A stretch of 54,313 nucleotides of DNA, the filler included, from Sphacelaria rigidula (taxonomy: Eukaryota): assembly GCA_964200075.2 (NCBI GenBank). It is 4 parts of 4 records of this genome, joined end to end, with 100 filler letters (N's around TTAATTAATTAA, not from the genome) between each part and the next. Parts side by side here need not be neighbours in the genome. Positions count along the whole stretch, not along the records: positions 27,211 to 40,714 come from CAXNAA020002842.1; positions 40,815 to 54,313 come from CAXNAA020002843.1; 2 more parts are not named here. One strand, given 5' to 3'. The notes under the pieces were generated by a model. The model had not been told where the DNA came from. It made no database searches and saw nothing but the letters and a program-made list of their open reading frames with translations. The first letter of the stretch is position 1; each line of letters begins with the position of its first letter. This document shows, one piece after another, positions 33,401 to 45,184 of this stretch. A program made the translations under genes and the position numbers.

Positions 33401-36400
33401 ATTCAACACCACGACACCAACAAAAATCCGAAGTTGGAAAGTTCTTTGGTTCGGAATCTGACGGGTTACGAGATACTGCTGAGTGGAAAGACGAAATATG
33501 AGCAGCACTGACCGGTCGCCCCGGTGGCTCAGTTGGTTACCTCGAAACGTTTTGACGGTCGGATCGTGGGTTAAAATCTCGGAGCGATCTGGGATTTTTT
33601 TTCACACCATGCCCAACAGTGGAGAGCGACCATGTCGTGGGTACACAAAATTTGACCTAACATAACGGTTGACGCGGGAAAGGGACTGCTGAACCCCTCT
33701 CGCGATAAAAAAATAAAGACAAGTACCCTAGAAGAAAGGTGAGGTACTAAAAACAAGAAAAAACAAGAAGCTCCTGTGTTGACCTTTCTCCTGTGTTTCC
33801 CCGGCTGGTGCGCCCACATATACCGAAATGTGTAGACCGGCGTCCAGAATAGATGGGACGAAAACACACACACACACACACACTGCAGACCGTCAGGATG
33901 GATTACCCCCAGACTCGAGTGGTGGCTCGAGCGGGGGCAGTTCATCTGGCGCCACCAGGGGGATCAATAGCAAACGCAGATAATCGATGTTGATGGTGGT
34001 TGTGTCGTGGTCATCCAACCCCAGGCCGTTATCGATATGTCCAGCAAAGAATATGAGCTGCCACCGGAAGTCGTCAAGGCCGTGGATGATTTTGTTGTGC
34101 CCGAGGGATTCCAGTGAGCGGGCAGCCGTGAAAGCATGCACACGTTGGGAATGTACGTGAAACCGGTAGATGTTGACGATCCCGTGCACATGCATCACTG
34201 CGAGTGTTCATGTAGTCTCTCTCTATCAACCCCTTGAAGCCATTCAGAGTGTTCGTGAACTGTACTGTGTAGTTCTCCACTGTAATGACGTAAATCCCAC
34301 CACAGGGGTGATGATAATACCAAGATTGTGTTCTGTAGGGTACGGTTTTCTGTATACCCGGGGTATTTTCCCGGGCGTTTACTGTACCCGACAGTTATTT
34401 TACTTCTGTAAGACTTTCATGAAGTGGAACTACTCGTCGGTTTCCATCCAGTTGTACCGCCGTAAGTTGTGAAGCACGTGGCCGAACAAAAAACAAAAGG
34501 CATATTCTGAACGCCCGCGGAGAGATGCGTAAGAGTAGCGTATTGACAAAAAAAAAAGAAGTCGCGAATGCAGGTCGCGAAAGTTGGTCTCTCTGGTGTT
34601 GATGCCGCTGTTCCAGCGCAGCCGTTGACCGTTGCTGTGTGCTGCCTTTAGCATTACTTTGTACTTCCGACTGTTTTTCCTGTTGATGCCGAGCGGGCCT
34701 ACGACGAAACCCGGCGGCAGAGTGGTCTGCACCTGTGCTAGTATCTCTGTACCGAACTCCATGTGCGCCCCCTGTCTTACTCCCAGCTGGCAGATCTGGG
34801 TGGTCGAAGGTGCCAAAGTTTTCGAAAATTTTCGGGGACGGTACCTCTGCAAGAAGGTTCAAGCCAAACGTTATTAAAACCCATTTTTCACGGTGGTTCC
34901 AAAAATCGGATTTTTTTCCGACATTTTTTTTTCTGGCCATTTTTTCACGACAATTTGGATTTTTCCAGTTTCCCCCTTCAACTTCTATTGTGCATAACTC
35001 ACCACCACATAATTATGTCACCGCAAAATTAGGTGCATATGAAAGCCCTTGGTGCCAGCTTTCATTTGGTATATAATTTGTTTCATAAATCGATGGTGCC
35101 GCTGAGATATTTATCATATAGTGCTGTATGGAAACCGACGAGTAGATCCACTTTTTACCGGTACCCGATATTTCTGTAAGTTCTGTGGGGAATTTCATAC
35201 CCTACAGAACACAACCTTGGAAAAATACTTGACCTACTTGGTCCGAAACTAGTCCTGTCTATACGTGATTACATATCTTGGGAAAAGAACACGCAATATT
35301 CATCATATCCACGGAAATCATCAGGTGGCGTCGGCATCGGCAACACGCCCATCAGTACAGTACAGCTTTCGAACAATGCCTAACTCTTGCTGTAAATCGT
35401 CAGTCCCCCCACACGGTCCAAGTACAAAACCGACGAAAATTCATTGTAGTGTCCGTTCTGCTCGCAAAACACATAACATCTGCTGTACGTGGAGTTGGTA
35501 CAACGTACTCAACACGCATGTCGGGTGGTAAGATCGTGAACCAAGACCTGAGGAAAGCGGATGCTCCACCTTGCCGTGTCATTCAATCACATGAGGTTCT
35601 CTACCGCACCACTCTCCAGCACATGAAAAACGGCACGATATGACGAAAAATACTGGAATCGAAACAGTGCCCGTTTTCTTCTTCTGCTTTTGGTGTAAAA
35701 CTCGCCGCGCAGACAATCTATATTGTTAGTTTGGGGATGATCACAGGTCACATTTAGTTTCGGTCTGTTTTTCTTTAAGCCGTGAGAAGTTACCGAGACG
35801 AGAAGAATGTTTGGGTTGACCTCCGCCGCTTGGATAGATAGGCAGCGACGCGTGGAGATAGCCGTAAGGGGTGATCGCGCCATGGGCAGTACATGCATGG
35901 TCCGTGTGCGAAGAGTTTTACAAGCCATCGCTACACTCCATGATGCTAGAGGAGGGAAAGAACGCGCTCCCACCACCTTCAAGCGTGGCAAGGGGCCGCT
36001 GCGCGCTTGTTGCCCAGTTTTTTTTATTTTATTTTCAGCAAATTCTGCAAGCGAAATACTCGTGTCCGATCAAATAACATCCTCCCAAATCTTGGACTGC
36101 GCTTCTTAGCCCGAGGGAAACCGGGTAACCGATGGCTTGGGGAGTAGTCGGCACCCTGTCGGTTCCTAGTTTCGACAAAACAAAACGAATTTCACGAAGT
36201 CCTAGTAGTACAAAGACCTCGAGTTCGATGCCCCGAAGGACTGAACGCTTTTCGCTGGCGTGTGCGATGTATTGCGTTGTGTGATCCCTAGGTTGAGACG
36301 GGTTGGCAAGTTTATGATCCTTCCAGCAGTATCAGTGGGTTTCGTGTGCCGTGCTGTCTTGGTGGCGAATCATCGAAATGTTGGTAGATTTTCATGATGC

Positions 36401-39400
36401 AATTCTTGGTTGGATGATGACTTGTACACCGCGAATTTTGTTATAGACTGCAGATGTATGAGATAGGCCCGACACACAAATCACTAGTTTGTATTTATAT
36501 GGGTTTCACGGAGGGTCTCTCAGATATAGTTCCGCCGACGTCATCTATCGTTTGGGGGGAGGGGGGACAGGCGACTGTAATGTCGCGATTAGACCAAGGC
36601 ATATTATACGGACTGCACGGTTGGATCATGACACCCGCAACCGACCTACGCAGCTGCCGTCACCGAACTTAAACGACGGATAGGTCCGGTGACGCTGTTC
36701 AACATTTTATGAATAAATGCCTGGAGGGGACAGTAAATAATAACGTGGCATGCGCCTTGACGGTATGTGCACCAGCCCTGGAAATATGTGCCATCATCCA
36801 ATCAGTTGGATTTTTATGGCAACGCAAATATCCAGGACCGAGACACCGACGTTCAAGGCGCATTGCCACGAATTTTTCTCCTTCCTCTCCAGAAATCTTT
36901 TCCTGAAGTGTTGGATGGCGTCACTTAAACTACCCATCGCATAGGTCTTGGGCAAACAATCCTCCATGGTCACGCGCTGCAATGTCACACGTGATAAAGT
37001 TGCTGACACGCCCCTGTCGAGTAATTTTTTTCTGTGTTTTCACTTTCTAACCCCTCCCCTCCCCTCCCATTCGTCGAGACGAGTCCGCGGTCTCGAGGAA
37101 TCAATCCATCATCTCTCTCACGGTACACGCTTTACATTTTGGTATCGCGAACTGGATCATGACTCATCAGCGCTGCCGAATCGCGTCTACTGTCATCCAA
37201 CAAACTTAGCCAAAACGTGGTCTTTTTTTTCCACTCTCGGCCTCGCGCTTTCAAGGACGGATATCAGATACTTCTGAAGAGAAGAAGAGCGAAACATGAT
37301 GCCCGTGGCGGGAATCGAGCTCGCATCCCTCCCCACCCCGCCCTACTGGCGTCAGTCGTACCATGAGACTACCTTGGCGCAACAGCCCTGTCTAATATCT
37401 ATTCCTCTGACAAAAACGCTTTACTTCGCAGGTAGGCATTGAAGCGTACTGCACTACTCCCTGCACCAACACTGCTTCATAGATTCTATCAATCATGTGA
37501 TGGGCTCCTCCAAGTGCTCATCGCCGAATCACATCGCAAGAGGAGTCTGAGAAGCCACCCCAACCCAAACTGCACTACTCCCAAAAGTTGGCCACATTGC
37601 GAAATTCAATTGGCTCAACCTCATGCCCTCCTTTTCCCGTGTTTGCTGGCCCTAATCGCGCGCTGTCGAACCCGCTTCCACCGCCGCCGGCGCTGCCTTT
37701 TTTTGCTCTGCACGATCGGGTATACCGTGCTTCCCCCCCCAACCCCCGAAGGTACCTCGGCGAGAATCCAGAATGGGAGCTTGTCGTCGGCCACGAGTCC
37801 ACCATGCTGCCTTTCAGGGAATACAGAGAAGCCTTTCACAAACAAAGGGTGGGTCCCTTCCTGCTTTTTTTTAACTGTGATATCCTCGCCCACCGTACGG
37901 ATAAAACCTGTTATTTTGCTCAGCTCGGGCGTGTACTCTTTCTCCGCACATGCCCAAATCCGCATGCATGCTCAACCTGACCCATGCTATCTGTAACCCG
38001 AATACCTGACCTCACTGACGGAGAACAGCGCTCCGCCCACTACGTTGCGCATTGTGGTGCGCTGTGATCGGTTGATTGATCAATATGGTTGGTTAGTTAT
38101 TGGATATCAACTCACCCGCCACCGATACAGCCGTGGGCACAATATGGACGTGGTCAAGGTAAATGAACGGAATCACCCGCTCAAGGAAAACAAAGGAGAG
38201 ACACGGCTAGACTAGATACGCCGGGCTAAGAACGAAGTGACGGTTCCGATAAATCTTCCTGAAGGCCCCTTGTGAGAAGGCTCACGTAAATGAGGCCGCA
38301 CAAGAGGCAAGGTCGCGGAAGCAGGTTGCGATCCAGTTTTCTCGGGAGAACGCTGCATCATCTCGAGTAGTAACTTTCGGCCGCCGGACTCTGCGGAATA
38401 GATTTATGAACATCGAGTAGAGCAGACGAGAAGAAGAATAGGAAGTAGCTGCGCCTTGAAACGGCGCTCGAGATCACAGGCCGTGGTCAATACTGCCGGC
38501 CATATTATGAGAGCATGCAGCGTTGGTCCTGTTGCCTGTGTTTTCGCCGTCTTCGTGAGGAAGGTGTGCACACGTATGGACGTATAGCTTACATCACGTG
38601 TATCGGATTTTCCGTCCTGGTTCATGGCACGTCCATCACTGCATAAATATAAGGCGATTTCGGCAACTTGGCTGTTTCATGCAGCAAGGCGCATATCGCA
38701 CACATCGCTCCAGCGTGTTTCCCCTCCCATGTTGAGCATCTACTCTTCGCATTACATTCTACGAAAAGCATTCTCACGAGCTGCAGTGCAAAGCTCACCC
38801 TCAAGACAGCGAAGAAACTACTGTTTCCCATCATACATATGGGACACACTGCTAGCCTGCTATCAAACCCTGTGTGCCTGTCATTTCCCGGAGGATATTT
38901 GATGAATCAATCGATGATATTACTCATTTTCACTCGAAAAATATAGCTAAAGATATTTCTTCACCCCTCGCCCCCCCCCTCCTCGCGCGCGCCACCCCCC
39001 TCCCTCATTTTGACCCTTTAATAGCTGGGAGCCCAGCTCAAGCACCAGTTCACGCCGGCCCTGAAGGCAGCGGACGCTATGTGCAATCAGCAAGGCACCA
39101 TAGCCGACAGCCATTCATTGGCACTCGCTCAGCACAACCCGAGACGACCGGGGGTTCTCCTAGATTTCGGGCAGGGCACGTCCTTCGCCAGCTTCGCGGA
39201 GCTCTGGAACTACCTCTTGCACAACGGCTGGCGCGCGGCACCTGGGAAGGCACGAATGAAGTATTGAGTAGGGGCAGAGACCGGGGGAAGTGGAGCAGAA
39301 GCGGGACTGGTGCCGTTTGCGTTTGCGTTTGCGGCTCACTTTCCATGTCTGTGTTCCCCTGATGTATCATGTCGGGTTCGCGTTTGGTGGATGGCACATG

Positions 39401-39692
39401 TGCAAATCAACACTCGTACGCGGTTATGTGTAGGCACCGGCTAATTTTTCCTGCATTGCGATCATGCACGATTCATGAGGCATACCACTACACCATTTTA
39501 CCCTGAATGTACCCCTATTCATCGCGCCGACGCAATTTTCAGGGTCTGGCCTCTTGGCACTACTTCCCGCCTGAATCAGATCCCAAGATGAGGCGCCCCG
39601 TGTTGGACAGAGACTTCTTTAATTCGGAAGACGCGGTGATCAACCATATCCGTAGGATGGGCCTGGAGCGGCCCAGCAAGGTGGCGATGAAG
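30428..39692 (+). CDS. Partial multi-exon gene: PWWP-like (Royal family) domain protein with a downstream W-GW-YxxP-DFF domain; internal exons uncertain
   Basis: Exon 30428-30738 (ATG, Gly/Ser linker, GSIVW...WWPSVVF, gtgagt donor). Exon 37752-37848 (YLGENPEWELV...MLPFREYREAF). Exon 39025-39249 (FTPALKAAD...FAELWNYLLHNGWRAAPGK). Exon 39543-39692 (GLASWHYFPP...DRDFFNSEDAVINHI). The last three join in phase. Confidence 0.65.
31866..32122. mobile_element. hAT-like MITE with an ACGT-motif array
   Basis: TIRs CAAGGCTATACACGTTACACGT and ACGTGTAACGTGTATAGCCCTG; 8-bp TSD AAAATGAC (31858-65) and AAAATGGC (32123-30). Confidence 0.85.
32861..33297. mobile_element. Foldback element, about 210-bp imperfect arms with almost no spacer
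   Basis: TTTGTACAAATATGAGGATTTCAGCCCGTCTACAGGCGATTTTCTCC is mirrored by GGAGAAAATCGCCTGTAGACGGGTTGAAATCCTCAAATTTGTACAAA; centre GATAATTTATC at about 33085. Confidence 0.85.
33514..33883 (+). mobile_element. tRNA-derived SINE family 1, near full-length copy
   Basis: Head GGTCGCCCCGGTGGCTCAGTTGG (A box), degenerate B box, about 300-bp body and a (CA)n tail. Confidence 0.85.
34321..35219. mobile_element. MITE (TIR CAAG(A/G)TTGTGTTCTGTAGGGTA) containing a nested element
   Basis: 34321-34342 is the reverse complement of 35198-35219 with one mismatch; internal GTACCCG and TTCTGTAAG motifs. Confidence 0.8.
34422..35153. mobile_element. Nested non-autonomous DNA transposon (about 730 bp)
   Basis: TIRs AAGTGGAACTACTCGTCGGTTTCCATCCAG and CTGTATGGAAACCGACGAGTAGATCCACTT. 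Confidence 0.8.
37050..37380 (-). mobile_element. SINE family 2 copy (diverged)
   Basis: GACGAGTCCGCGGTCTC, GATCATGACT, ATCAGATACT and CGGGAATCGAGCTCGCAT blocks in the same order as the other copies. Confidence 0.7.
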
Positions 39693-40642
39693 GTGTGCAA
39701 CTTTTTTTCGGGGGAGGGGGATCTACAGAGTTAGTAAGTGAAACGTTGGTTGTCAACTTCTGTAGAGGGACATGTCTTTTCTCCAGGCTCCGCTCATGGC
39801 TCCCCTCTTGTTGCTTTCTGCGCAACTACCGTAGTACCTGGACAGCTCAAACCCCGGGCACTCGATGTGCAATATTTGTTTGTCAATCCCCCCCCCTCCC
39901 CAATGGTGAAACTCAGTGGTCGAACGACTAAGGCAAGCAACAAATGAGTACGCCCCCTCCACCCCCTGTGTGTAAGCCGTGGTTGTCTCTGGAAGTGGCG
40001 ATACCAGAGAAAGGCGCATCTCATTTTAGGCTGTCATTCTAATGCAAGATAATCAGTAAGCTTCGGGCCGAACAATCGTAGCAGGATGCAGCTCACCCTT
40101 CATGCCACTCCCTGAACACACCACGTCGCTTCGCGCGTGGTAATTGAGTGCGAGCCTGGTCCGACGAGAACCCGGCGTGCTCCGTCCCGGCTTTGTAGGG
40201 ATGCAAGGTCGACGGTCTTTTGACTACGGCATGCATGATCATGAGTACCCCCTACCCCCCCCCTCCTCCCCTATCAGCAGGGTGCCAGAAGCGAAGTTTG
40301 TTGTCACAGCTCACTGAAAAGATGTAGCACGTTCACGCGATACCGTTCCTACCGCTGTAGAACCTTCCGTGTTTCTACTTCTTTGGCCACGCCCCCAGCC
40401 CGTCGCTGGAGTTGCTTTTACATCTTTTTCATGCCATACATTTTTCACCCTGCGGCTTGCTTTTGTGCTCGGCTTTCCCGATCTTTTGTATTTAAGATAT
40501 TGTCATGGTCCGGTTAATCGTGCAGAAAAACACAAAGTAGTTGTGCCCCCTCTGAGCATTCCGCAACTTGTATTCGAAAAAACAAATTTATTGCTGACAA
40601 TTTCACAGTTTTTGAGCTACGTCTATCTCCACCACATATATC

Positions 40643-40714
40643 GGTCGCCCCGGTGGCTCAGTTGGTAACCTCGTAACCTTCTGATGGTTGAGTTGTGGGG
40701 TTCGATTCTCGGAG
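40643..40714 (+). mobile_element. SINE family 1 head (cut by the contig end)
   Basis: GGTCGCCCCGGTGGCTCAGTTGGTAACCTCG...GGGGTTCGATTCTCGG. Confidence 0.75.
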
Positions 40715-40814
40715 NNNNNNNNNNNNNNNNNNNNNNNNNNNNNNNNNNNNNNNNNNNNTTAATTAATTAANNNNNNNNNNNNNNNNNNNNNNNNNNNNNN
40801 NNNNNNNNNNNNNN
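40715..40814. other. Artificial contig-joining linker
   Basis: Same N44-TTAATTAATTAA-N44 structure. Confidence 0.97.
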
Positions 40815-41065
40815 AAATTTGGACAATCTTTGAGAAACTAAGAAATTACGGATTCTGCATACTTCTGACGCTGACTACTGTACCACCAGTCCATCCGCAC
40901 CACGAAGATCTTGGTGTCTCCAGCGACTCAAGTCCAAAGGCCTCCGCCGCGGAATCCAACATAACATCGATCGCACACATGATGTCAACGCACCCCTTTG
41001 AGCTAAACACTAACCTCCTGCTTTTTGATCCACGATATTTTCCTCTTTCTCCTTCCCCTATCTTT

Positions 41066-41133
41066 TGATTTGATTGAATGATTGTCGCACTTTAACTGAC
41101 CCCCCAGGGGTCCAGCCGTGGTCTCATGATAGA
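41066..41133 (-). mobile_element. Retroposon 3' end with an (AATC)n-like tail
   Basis: Reverse complement TCTATCATGAGACCACGGCTGGACCCCTGGGGGGTCAGTTAAAGTGCGACAATCATTCAATC matches 50674-50743. Confidence 0.65.
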
Positions 41134-43007
41134 ATCATTTAGTTAGACTATCGTTTAGATATTTCCCCCTGCTTCCATCATTCAGGACACACCAGTGCCA
41201 CCCGCCGACTTTTTCAACAGCCTACAACCGGAGCTCCTTCGGTGCACAACACGGGCCACGAACGGAACTTGCCTGGAGCACCTTCATCCTCAGCTACTCG
41301 AGATTTTCGTATTATCGCTGCAAAACTGCCGCTGGACCCCTTGCGATCGTTGAGTTGCTGATTCGTTTGCTTTCCTCAGCCACCATGCGCTCGTCGCATG
41401 TGATTGACCTTTTGAAGGTTGAGTTCGGTATCACCCATGTAGACATTTTGTCCCTGGTATGTCTTCCCTTCTGCCTCTTTACTTTGGCAAGTGCGTCGAA
41501 GCATTTTTGTGTTCTTCCGTTTAAGTTCGCTAGCCCGCAGCATCATTGTGTGCTCCTGCGTCTTCAAGCGCACTTGCGCTTTTTGGTGGCAGATTCTGCT
41601 TCCCTTTTTTGAGGTGTGGGAGGATCGGGCAACAAAGTGGATGTTGCCCTCCTGGTCCGGGGTATACCTTTTTTCTCAGTCACTACGACCGAGCGTTTTT
41701 ACAGCATTTGAGTTCGCCTTCCTTGCCGTTCATGACTCCACGGGGAGAAAACCCTCGATTTTCGTTGTTGTTCGAGACTCCTCATCGCAAGTGTAATAGA
41801 GTTTTGTCTGGGTGGGCTAGTGTCATGAGGCTAGGAGGCGTTTATGACCAAATCCGGTACCGTATAGTTGCGGATCTGATCAGGCTTGACTAGGTTGAAC
41901 GTGAATTCGATTAAAGTAAACAGGCTACAATTTTAGCAGCCCTCCCCCCATCGTTTACTCGCGAGATGGAGCCCTACGGCCAAGCATTGCTGTAGCTGGT
42001 GAGCAACGTGAAAGAGCATTGAACAGAGCGATAACGGATACGACCTGACAAGAGTCTTTTAGATCAAGTGGATATCAGCTTACCGTGTGAAGCTATTCTC
42101 GGGGTATGAGTTATTTCGGAGACGACTCAACTTACCCTTGCGGGGACTTCTATACTGGCCCTTCTGCACCTTACAGCGTGCGTTGAGTTACGCATATCAC
42201 AACCTCATCACAATATGTACGTGGCATGTCGACCCAGCTCCGATGTGTTACATTTTTCGTCACCTATTGCGTGTGGGGTACGAGTCACCATCTCCCAACT
42301 AGAATGGTTACTGATGAAATATGTCAGTCGTCTCGATAGGTGCAGTGTGGTTAGGACGCTACTCCCCTGGCGTGATTGCAGAGATTATATCGATGTTTAG
42401 TTGTCTCAGTAGAGTACAAAGATGCAGGGCACTGCAAAAGGTAGCTATGTGATGATGACAACCAGTAGAATCCCGAAACTATACTCCGTATTCACTTTTT
42501 CTGGTTTGATTATACTGCTTGGTCCCTCATTTTCTACAGAGTAAGGAGGAACACTTCTCGTACACTTGCTGGACTGCCCCCTGATATCGGTTCCAGAGAA
42601 GAAAACACAAGGAGGAAACACGAGAAGTGCCAAAGTGCGGTTGCTCATGGCTTGTGGTATTGGCGGCTCAAAAGCTGGGCGGGGGGCTGTTTAAACATGA
42701 GCGGCGATGGCCGGTGCCCTGTGTTAGTGAAAGGGTACAGACTGAGATGCTTATCACACATTGCTGGTTGATTGTCGAGTTAAAATGTACGTGGTACGCA
42801 TACAACGCGTGTTAAGTCCTTCGAGACCGAACTTCCAGAAACATGAGGTTTGCACGCAGGTGCCTTTTTGTGAAGTGGCATCATTTTAACTTAAAAACGA
42901 CTGAAAATGATACCGAATCACGAACAAGCCCCTGCGTACATACCCCATGTTCCTGGGAGTCCGGTTCCAAAAGGGGTAAGCATGGCATAAAAAATAAAGG
43001 AAATCTA

Positions 43008-44848
43008 CAAAAAAAGGGTACACCCTTATGCTTTTGGAGCGAAAAAGGGTGGCGCATTTTTCGTTTTGGGGCGCGGCGCTGCACGCTGGCTGAACACTTC
43101 GAAAACACGTTCCAGCACCTCAGCCCCACGCCCAAGATCCCTGGGCAGCATATCCGACCATTATGTTTCACTTTCACAAGTATTACTGGGCTGAACTACC
43201 GCGCCGAAAATGAGAGCCTGTGAGGTAAGCAAAACAGGAGAGTACACCCTGCCCTCTGCTAAAAATTCATATCTACCCTTACTGTTGTCCCTTTTCTGTC
43301 AAATGGTGACCCTTTTTGTGAAGTGGTGACCGCATCGCCGTCTCTGCGCAAGTTAGGCCGAGCAGTCACAACCATAGCCATTTTCGGTGAAACTACACCC
43401 CGCCAAAAAGGCCGAAACGCAACGACCAGAAGAGTGTGGCCCCCCTGTTGGTCGGCCCGAAGACCCGGAAGAGCCAACAACGATGCATACAGGTCCCTTG
43501 TGTGCCGGACCTCACGAAGATCCAACGAACACGGGTGAACATCTTGCCGGCACACCAGCCCGGACGGCACCACGCGGGGGCGGCAACGTCAGACCGTTGT
43601 GGGATCTGCAATTTGCGGCTCGGAAACGGAGATGGACACCGACCGGATTTCGGATTGGAGAGTGATGCTACGGTAGGGGTAGAGAAATAATTTCTGAGCT
43701 TAGAATTGTTAGGAGGCCCTTATCTCATCCAAAACACGACCCATGAAAGCATGCGACAGTACGCCAGGATTACTATTTCAATGTGCTGGGGATATCCCGA
43801 ATAAATCTGCAAACGGGGATGCCCTAGCCCATATTCTTGTGCGTCTAGAATCGTTGGGAGCCCCTGAACCAGACAAAAATTCGCAGAAAAAAGTGCACCC
43901 CTACCGTAGCACTGCTCTGGAGCAAGAACGCCTGAATCCAACGCCGTAGACTGTACAATCAGCTGTCTTCCTCTAATCGCAAAACACGCACCCTCCGACC
44001 ACAACTCGGAATACCCGGAGCTGTGAGACCCACGCGCCAATGTCATCTCATGGCTCAAGCGACGTTGTGCTCTCACAGCTCCGGGTATTCCGAGTTGTGG
44101 TCGGAGGGTGCGTGTTTTGCGATTAGAGGAATCCAGCTGGTTGTACAGTCTACGGCGTTGGATTCAGGCGTTCTTGCTCCAATCCGAAATCCGGTCGGTG
44201 TCCATCTCCGTTTCCGAGCCGCAAATTGCAGATCCGGCAACGGTCTGACGTTGCTGCCCCCGCATGATGCCCTTCGGGCTGGTCTGTCGACAACATGTTC
44301 ACCCCTGTTCGTTGGATCTTCGTGAGGTCCGGCACACAAGGGACCTGTATGCATCGTTGGATCTCCGGGTCTTCGGGCCGACCAACAGGGGGGCCACGCT
44401 CTTCTGGTCGTTGTGTTTCGGCCTTTTTTGGCGGGGTGTAGGTTTACCGAAAATGGCTAATGGTTGTGACTGCTCGGCGTATCTTGCGCTGAGACGGCGG
44501 TACGGTCACCACTTCACAGAAAAGGGTCACCACTTGATAGAAAAGGGACAACAGTAGAACAAAAAAGGGTAGATATACATTTTCAGCAGAGGGCAGGGTG
44601 TACCCTCCTGTTTCGCTGACATAAAAGGGTACTGTCCCAGGCTCTCATTTTCGGCGTGGTAGTTCAGCCCAGTAGCACTTGTGAAAGTGAAATAAATGGT
44701 CAGGTATGGTGCCCGGGGACCTTGGGCGTGGGGCTGAGGTGCTGGAACGTGTTTTCGAGGTGTTCGGTCAGCGTGCAGCGCCGCGCCCCAAAGCGAAAAA
44801 TGCGCCACCGTTTTTTGCTCCAAAAGGATAAGGATGTACCCTTTTTTG
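43008..44848. mobile_element. Large foldback transposon: about 770-bp inverted arms, 42-bp spacer, TA flanks
   Basis: 43008-44028 (minus the MITE at 43660-43917) is the reverse complement of 44071-44848. Termini CAAAAAAAGGGTACA and TGTACCCTTTTTTG, each flanked by TA. Confidence 0.9.
43660..43917. mobile_element. GAG...CTC MITE family (Sola-like), copy 3, TSD TGGA
   Basis: TIRs GAGTGATGCTACGGTAGGGGT and ACCCCTACCGTAGCACTGCTC. The empty site CGGATTGGAGCAAGAAC is preserved in the opposite foldback arm (about 44170-44186). Confidence 0.92.
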
Positions 44849-45184
44849 TATAATGGCCAAAATTCATTTTGTGTTGGCAGGTTTATCTTTTCGAACAAGG
44901 CACTTCCCACACCGATCATCTTTATGCTGACGTTGTCGCTGTGCTGTTGTGCATGTGAACACTCTACGACGAACATGGTATGACGTGCGCTGGAGAGGGC
45001 TTGAACAGTTGTACTGCTGCATGCCGTGTTTCGGTCTGTACATAGTTGGGGTGGGATCAAAGTGCTGTCTGTACAAAGTTGAAACAATCACGTGACGGCC
45101 GTGCAGCTGTTCGTTGCGTTTTCTTTGGTACTTCATTTATAGTCGGGTGCTGTGATCGGGCAAGACACGCAAGGCGGGTGCGTG

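Noticed and set aside
32321..33510. Possible larger CAGTG...CACTG element enclosing the 32861 hairpin
   Set aside because: The terminal match is only a few bases with gaps and there is no TA TSD on either side; insufficient support.
9740..39692. Functional link between the retrotransposon chromo/Tudor tail and the PWWP-like gene
   Set aside because: They lie on different concatenated contigs, so the proximity is artificial.
42843..45087. Pairs of similar ORFs on opposite strands
   Set aside because: They are by-products of the foldback arms, and no protein motif was recognised.
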